Shown here piece by piece: positions 58,107 to 64,000 of a DNA stretch of 64,000 bases (its first letter is position 1; each line of letters opens with the position of its first letter). The notes beneath the pieces were generated by a model. That model had not been told where the DNA came from. It searched no databases and saw nothing but the letters and a program-made list of their open reading frames with translations. A program made the translations under genes and the position numbers. This DNA is from an uncultured Methanosarcinaceae archaeon (GTDB lineage: Archaea; Halobacteriota; Methanosarcinia; Methanosarcinales; Methanosarcinaceae), in contig CAVTET010000006.1 in NCBI GenBank assembly GCA_963733675.1, forward strand, positions 160,001 to 224,000. The letters are read 5' to 3'.

Positions 58107-58517
58107 CTGACACAAAACAAAATTGAGACGTCTGAAGAAGAATGGAAAAAGGTTCTGACTCTTGAACAGTATAATGTGTTGAGGCAAAGAGGCACAGAAA
58201 GGCCTTTTTCCGGTAAATTATATTATAAGAAGGAAAAAGGGATTTATACATGTGCTGCCTGTGGCCAAGAGCTCTTTTCCTCCGATGACAAATTTGAGTC
58301 AGGGACCGGCTGGCCAAGTTTTTATGAAGTGATTTCCAGTGGTAATGTTCAGCTTTTGAAGGACAACAGTCATTCCATAGACAGGATTGAGGTAGTCTGC
58401 TCCAGCTGTGGAAGCCATCTTGGACATGTTTTTGAAGACAGCACCACCTCAACAAGACAACGTTATTGTATCAACTCTCTTTCTCTTGACTTTAAGAAAA
58501 AAGGAGAAAAGAAGTAG
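58107..58517 (+). CDS. msrB: peptide-methionine (R)-S-oxide reductase (apparent CTG start)
   Basis: EEEWKKVLT.EQY.VLRQRGTERPF, CAAC, SGTGWPSF, CSSCGSHLGHVF, RYCINS. Frame is open back to CTG 58107 after GGGGGT. Confidence 0.88.
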   Translation: MTQNKIETSEEEWKKVLTLEQYNVLRQRGTERPFSGKLYYKKEKGIYTCAACGQELFSSDDKFESGTGWPSFYEVISSGNVQLLKDNSHSIDRIEVVCSSCGSHLGHVFEDSTTSTRQRYCINSLSLDFKKKGEKK

Positions 58518-58530
58518 ACAAGTGAAAAAT

Positions 58531-58602
58531 CCACTTTCTGCAAATGCACGCAAGAATGCGATCTATTTTCTCAATATGACAGTAGCTTAAATATTAATCT
58601 TA
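58531..58602. repeat. dispersed ~75-bp repeat, copy 2
   Basis: Matches 7945..8018. Confidence 0.75.
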
Positions 58603-59861
58603 CTTTGAATGAATAATAATAGGCAAATGGACTAATAAATTGTGTATCTGTGCGCATTTGTATTGTAGCTTGCAGTTTAATAGTTTAGCTAGAGTGAATA
58701 TTGTCATGTGAATAAAATCTCAAACCTCGACTATATTTGTTACACGCTCTACTAGTATAGAAGAATATAATCATAGAGTACGTTCACTGAAAACATTATA
58801 GAAACGAGTACTCTTGAAGGATAGAGATCTTGGAAAAAGACTTATTTGCTTTCTAAGGATCACCTTGAACTTCATGTTAATGGATCCAAATTCTCTGAAC
58901 TTCTAGTACAATCTTCAAACAAATAAATTTTGAAGATAGTCACCGTTTATTAGTTTTTTCCCTTCATTCGGAGCTACAAGCAGGAAGCATGAATATATCA
59001 AAAAGTTTGTAATGGTTCATCCTAATCAAAAAATATCAAGACCCATCTTTTCTCAATTCAATAGTAAATTTATATTAAGCGATTTTTTTAATAATATCCC
59101 ATGTATCATTTATGGATACGATCTAGAAAATAATTTATGGATACGCTCTAGAGAATATGCAATCATAAGAGACTCAATTAAGTATTAACTTTGTAAAAGA
59201 CGAGAACAACTAATATATATTAATCTATCTATCATTATTTTTGTATATTAAAAGCAAAATTTGAATCGGGGTATACAATTGGATCAAAAAGGACCAGTAA
59301 AAATAACATTAAATGGAATGATTCGCTGGATATTTGGATTGACGCTTTATAGTAATCGCTTTAGGAATGATTATATTACATGAATATTTATCAGCAGTAT
59401 TCATGTTGATGGTAGTTTTTGTTGCGTTTCCGCCTATTTCAAACTTGATCGAATCTGAGTTGAATATTTCAGTATCAGGAACAGTGCGATTTTTGTTGGC
59501 AATAATCCCTTGAGTAGGATCGTTCACTGTAGAACCTAATTGTTCATCTTCGGTGATAACTAACGCCCATATTTTGTTAGGATTTCATAGCATTACTTAG
59601 ATGACAATGTTAATCATTGAGACTGGAAATGGTATACCTCCATCTCATTACATCGAAATGAGTATCAATTAACTTTTTTGTAGGCTGAGAGCTACAAAAA
59701 TTTCTGAAATAAAATTGAATTGACTATTCTAATGTGAAGTTCTATTTCTCAAATGTTTTTCCAAGAAACCTTTTATACAAACAGATTTGAAGCTAAAGAC
59801 TTCGGTTCTTTGATCATTAAATAAGCTCCTAATATCGGGCTCATCTCTCCAATCCCTCTTC

Positions 59862-61145
59862 TTACCAACAAAGCCCTTCATAATCGATACTTTTTGCTTT
59901 AATTACCCTTCTTCCATCAATTACAATTTTGTTTTTCATTACTTCAAACTCTGAATCCAATTTCTTAAATTCTTCCCACTCGGTTATAACGAGGCAGGCA
60001 TCTGTACCTTCTAAAGCTTCTTTTGCGCTTTTATGATATCTAACTGTTGGAAAGACTCTTCTCATATTTTCAGCAGCGAGCGGGTCGTATGCAGATACTT
60101 TAGCTCCGAGTCTCAGGAGTTCGGTTATCAATGGAATAGCCCTTGATTCTCGGATATCATCGGTATCATTCTTAAAAGCAAGGCCTAAAACTGCGATTTT
60201 TTTGTCTTTAAATTCCCCGATTTTTTTTTGAAGGAGTTCAGCCATCATTAGTGGCTGATTTTCGTTAACTGCAAGCACAGATTCAAGAATGGTAGGTGAA
60301 TACCCGATTTCTTTTGCTTTGCTTATTAGAGCCCGAATATCTTTTGGAAAGCAAGAACCTCCGAATCCGGCACCTGAATTTAGAAACAAAGGAGAAATAC
60401 GGCTGTCTTTACCCACGGCTTTCATGACATCATAGGTATCAATTCCCATTTTCTTGCAGATATTTCCAATTTCGTTTGAAAGAGAAATTTTGGTTGCCAA
60501 AAAGGAATTATTTGCATATTTGATCATTTCAGCAGTCTTTAGGTTGGTACGGGTTATTTCGCATTCAAAATTCAGGTACAGTTCCGAGACAAGATCTCCA
60601 GAACTTGCATCAATTGATCCGACTACTATTTTGTCCGGGTGCATAAAATCATAGATAGCTTTTCCTTCCCGCAAGAACTCAGGATTCATCGCAATCCCAA
60701 AATCTTTGCCTGCAACTTTTCCTGATTTCTCTTCCAGAATAGGCAGAACAAATTTTTCGGTAGTCTCTGGAATCACCGTACTTTTAACTACTACCACATG
60801 GTAACCATTCTTTTTTGCAAGGGCAGAGCCAATGCTTTCGACCGCTGACCGTACTATTGAGAGGTTTATGCTTCCACCTACCTCAGAAGGGGTTCCAACG
60901 CAAATGAAAGAGATATCGGTGTTAAAAACTGCGAATTCATTGTCTGTGGTTGCAATTAATCTTTTCCCTACATATTTCTTAAGCAGTTTTTCCAGACCTT
61001 CCTCATAGATCGATGGAATTCCAGCATTGATCTGCTGCACTTTTTTTTCATCTATATCCACACAAATAACTTCATGTCCAACATCAGCAAAACATATAGC
61101 TGTAACCGCTCCAACATATCCAGAGCCTATAATAGAAATTTTCAT
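59862..61145 (-). CDS. UDP-glucose/GDP-mannose family nucleotide-sugar dehydrogenase
   Basis: GSGYVG, CVGTP, NPEFLREG, GFGGSCFPKD, GLAFKNDTDDIRES. Confidence 0.93.
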   Translation of the reverse strand: MKISIIGSGYVGAVTAICFADVGHEVICVDIDEKKVQQINAGIPSIYEEGLEKLLKKYVGKRLIATTDNEFAVFNTDISFICVGTPSEVGGSINLSIVRSAVESIGSALAKKNGYHVVVVKSTVIPETTEKFVLPILEEKSGKVAGKDFGIAMNPEFLREGKAIYDFMHPDKIVVGSIDASSGDLVSELYLNFECEITRTNLKTAEMIKYANNSFLATKISLSNEIGNICKKMGIDTYDVMKAVGKDSRISPLFLNSGAGFGGSCFPKDIRALISKAKEIGYSPTILESVLAVNENQPLMMAELLQKKIGEFKDKKIAVLGLAFKNDTDDIRESRAIPLITELLRLGAKVSAYDPLAAENMRRVFPTVRYHKSAKEALEGTDACLVITEWEEFKKLDSEFEVMKNKIVIDGRRVIKAKSIDYEGLCW

Positions 61146-61594
61146 TTAGATACCTTTTTAAAGAAGATATAAAGTATGTTTATGAACTATATTCGTAGGT
61201 GCATATAATTTTAGCTTCACCGCATTTACAGAATTCCAATGGGATGATCCATTCCACGAGATTTCCATATTGGTAATATAGATATTTCCTATTATCATAT
61301 ACCGACCAGATTTCAAGCAGATAGAGCGAAAATTTCACCCTTTCCTGTACTTATATTGGGACATTTTGTAGGAATGTTTTTTTTGCGATATGTCATTTTA
61401 TCTTGAAGGTAGATAGTTTCAAAGAAACCATCTAAGCATTAGTAAGGTACCAAAACAATGATCATAGAAGCGAGAAAAAAGCCAAAAGAATGTAAACTTT
61501 AGCTTAGATGTGTAGAAAAATTTAGGAAAACATCATAATATTTAAAGAATGACCCAGGTTACTAGAACCTCGGGCAATCTTTTAGAGAAATGGA

Positions 61595-61864
61595 CTAAGA
61601 AAGTATTTTATCTAATTCCATTGCCAATACATTACCCTGGGTCACTCCCATAAAACGCTTTACTTCAACCTCATCTTTCTGGATTATCAATGTAGGAACA
61701 GCATGTATGCCATATTTTGAGGCAAGTTGCTGGTTTTCATCCACATCGATAACTCTGAATTCAACCTTATCCTTGTACTTTTTCTCGAGCTCTTCAAGAA
61801 TAGGTTTTTGCATCCTACAAGGTCCACACCAAGTTGCGGAAAAGTCCATTAAGATCGGTTTCAT
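61595..61864 (-). CDS. thioredoxin
   Basis: DFSATWCGPC, AVPT. Confidence 0.93.
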   Translation of the reverse strand: MKPILMDFSATWCGPCRMQKPILEELEKKYKDKVEFRVIDVDENQQLASKYGIHAVPTLIIQKDEVEVKRFMGVTQGNVLAMELDKILS

Positions 61865-62444
61865 AAAATCACCTTTAGTACTTTAAAATGTTTGAGCTAT
61901 TCTCTGTTCTCATTCGATATACTCCGGAAAGCATACTATGGGTCAATAATTGTCTGACGACAAAGCTACCGGAATCCAGACATGAATGATAGACGACCTG
62001 GAAATGAAAGAACCAAATACAGGTCACGATTCAATTTATTGTATGTATTATCTTCGAGTATATATAATGCTTATCTCAATCTTATGGACTTGTTTCAGTC
62101 GAATACCCAGCAGTGAGATGAGGGATATTTGACTGGAATAAACTTCAGTACTTGAAAATAGGCAACTAAAGTACTTCAATAACTTGCTCAGATGCTCAGT
62201 AAAATTTCATCCATTTTTTACGAATTTTACAAAAAAGTAAGGTTGGATATTGATTTTTTTCAATCACAGTATTTATCACAAGTTCAAGTATAATATAGAA
62301 ATGAAAATATCTCCATTTGAAATTGCTCTGAAAAACATATAATCAGCTTATTTTTAAATGGAAAGAAAATAAAATGATACTATGCCTTATATGTCTATTT
62401 GGTTTTGTCTCCCGAGCTAAACTACGCTGAATTTTTTGCATTTA

Positions 62445-63316
62445 GAGACTAATCCGAAAAGTCCTGCTGATCTTAATGTTATCAATGCGCACTCTAAATG
62501 TAGCATAGCAAGGTAATTTTCAATTTTCTTTTCCCATCTTATAAGGAGTCTTCTGAATCTATTCAGCCAAGAATGGGTCCTTTCTACAACCCATCTTCTT
62601 GCCCTAAAACCAGGTATGTCTCTTCCTATGTTTTCTTCTCCACGACTTTTGATATGCGCAGTATAACCATATTCTTCAACCAATTTTCTGATATCGGTGA
62701 AATCATAACCCTTATCCATGCATATATTCTGAATTATGTTTTCTGGAGAAGGTCTTTCAAAGAATATGGCGTCTAAAGTCCTTTTTACAAGCTTTTTATC
62801 GTGACGATTGGCTCCATCCACGACAACAGAAAGTGGTATGCCTTTACCATCAGTTAAAACAATCCTTTTTGTACCTTTTTGCCACGATCAGTAGGATTAA
62901 CTCCTGTTCCAGCTCCATCTAATGATGCTTTTGTCATAGCACCATCAATCGATTGTCATTCCCATTCTAATCCTTTTTCGAAATTATACTCAACAAGACC
63001 AGCCAGCCACATGCTCTCAAATAACCCTGATAGTTGCCATTCCTGAAATCGATTATGTACAGTGCTTGGAGCTCCATAAAATCGTGGCAATGCTTTCCAT
63101 TGTCAACCAGTAAAAAGGAGATAGAAAATGCCACTCATTATTTTCCTATCACCCTTTCTAGGTCTTCCAGACTTCTTTTTTGGCTTAGGTACAGGTAGTA
63201 AAGGTTCTATTTTTTTCCAATAATCTTCAGAAAGTTAGTAGTCCTGAACAATTTTCCGTTTTGTCATTACCACATATGATCTTAAATTGAAAGTAGATTA
63301 TTTTTCGGATAGGCTC
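62445..63316 (-). mobile_element. second IS5 (IS1031-like) copy, more degraded
   Basis: TIRs GAGACTAATCCGAAAA / TTTTCGGATAGGCTC, TTA on both flanks; near-identical to 333..1204. Confidence 0.9.
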
Positions 63317-63606
63317 TTAGTCGTATATTAAAGAGCATAGAGCAATCACTACATTTGAAATTCAAAATAAATTTCTTAAGTTGTCCCATAAAATCGATTC
63401 AAATTCATGAAAGAGAAATTTATTCTTGTCAATGTTTTGTAGACCTGTTTGTCTCTTTGCAAAAAAGCTCTCTTGAAATATGACCCAGAAAATTTGAATT
63501 AAAAACTATATTACCGTATAAAGGGAGCAAATCTGTTGTCTTTGTTTCCTGACATTCTAGTTGGAATATATTGCATATTCGGTAAGAAGATTCGATTGAA
63601 ATCTTC

Positions 63607-63930
63607 AGAGAATTTCAATAAATCCCATTCATTTGAATATTGGAGAATTTAAATCCCTTAACAATAATTTTTACTCATGAAAACTCTTATTGATTTTGCT
63701 TTTAAAGGAGAATATAAATGTCTTCAGTCAGTTGGGGACAAATTTGCTGAAATTTATTCGTTAATTGATTGAAATTTTATCATATTATTTTGAGTCCATA
63801 TGTTTTAACAAAATATTTTTCTGAGGCCGACGTGAAGCTGAAGTATCATTCTGTTGAAACTGCTTTTTTCCATAACAATTGCATAGTCTTTCAGAGTTTA
63901 AGCCTGAGAAACAATGTGGTGATCGAATTA
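63607..63930 (+). mobile_element. IS5-subgroup relic (left end)
   Basis: AAATCCCATTCATTTGAATATTGGAGAATTTAAATC shared with ~44988; MKTLIDFAFK...SVGDKFAEI. Confidence 0.7.
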
Positions 63931-64000
63931 CAGATTATAAGAAAGAAAATCACACATATTAAGGATCTAATCACAAAAAGTATGGAAAAATTTAGCTCTG

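Noticed and set aside
460-62776. Many short ORFs in the track overlapping real genes on the opposite strand or frame
   Set aside because: No motifs or RBS; explained as shadow ORFs.
1-64000. Genome-wide recoding of TAG to pyrrolysine
   Set aside because: Thioredoxin, msrB, DUF2111 and the HisA-like gene end in TAG at plausible natural C-termini. Other in-frame TAGs (12517, 36636) are in genes that also have frameshifts.
1-64000. CRISPR array, rRNA or intact tRNA
   Set aside because: No regularly spaced repeat-spacer series, no rRNA-like block, and no tRNA with all stems paired was seen.

Overview
AT-rich archaeal chromosome segment, most likely Methanosarcina (inferred from gene content such as mtxX, an mfnF-like gene, F390 synthetase and DUF2111, and from the IS types). 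About two dozen intact housekeeping genes sit in a low-coding-density background of pseudogenes and IS relics (IS6, IS5, IS110, IS200/IS605), which suggests ongoing reductive evolution. Signals missed by the ORF track: (1) four full-length but decayed tRNA-Leu genes from three isoacceptor types, with no other tRNA type seen; (2) a truncated, eroded relic of mtd, a core methanogenesis C1-pathway gene, beside a catalytically degenerate serB, plus an eroded mtxA; (3) an ~80-nt structured candidate sRNA with TATA box and T-tract between serB and mtd; (4) an otherwise intact acetolactate synthase with one in-frame amber codon; (5) a secreted Gly/Trp/Tyr/His-rich protein and a second small ORF with a similar leader. 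All family assignments are from motif recognition by eye; no database search was run.
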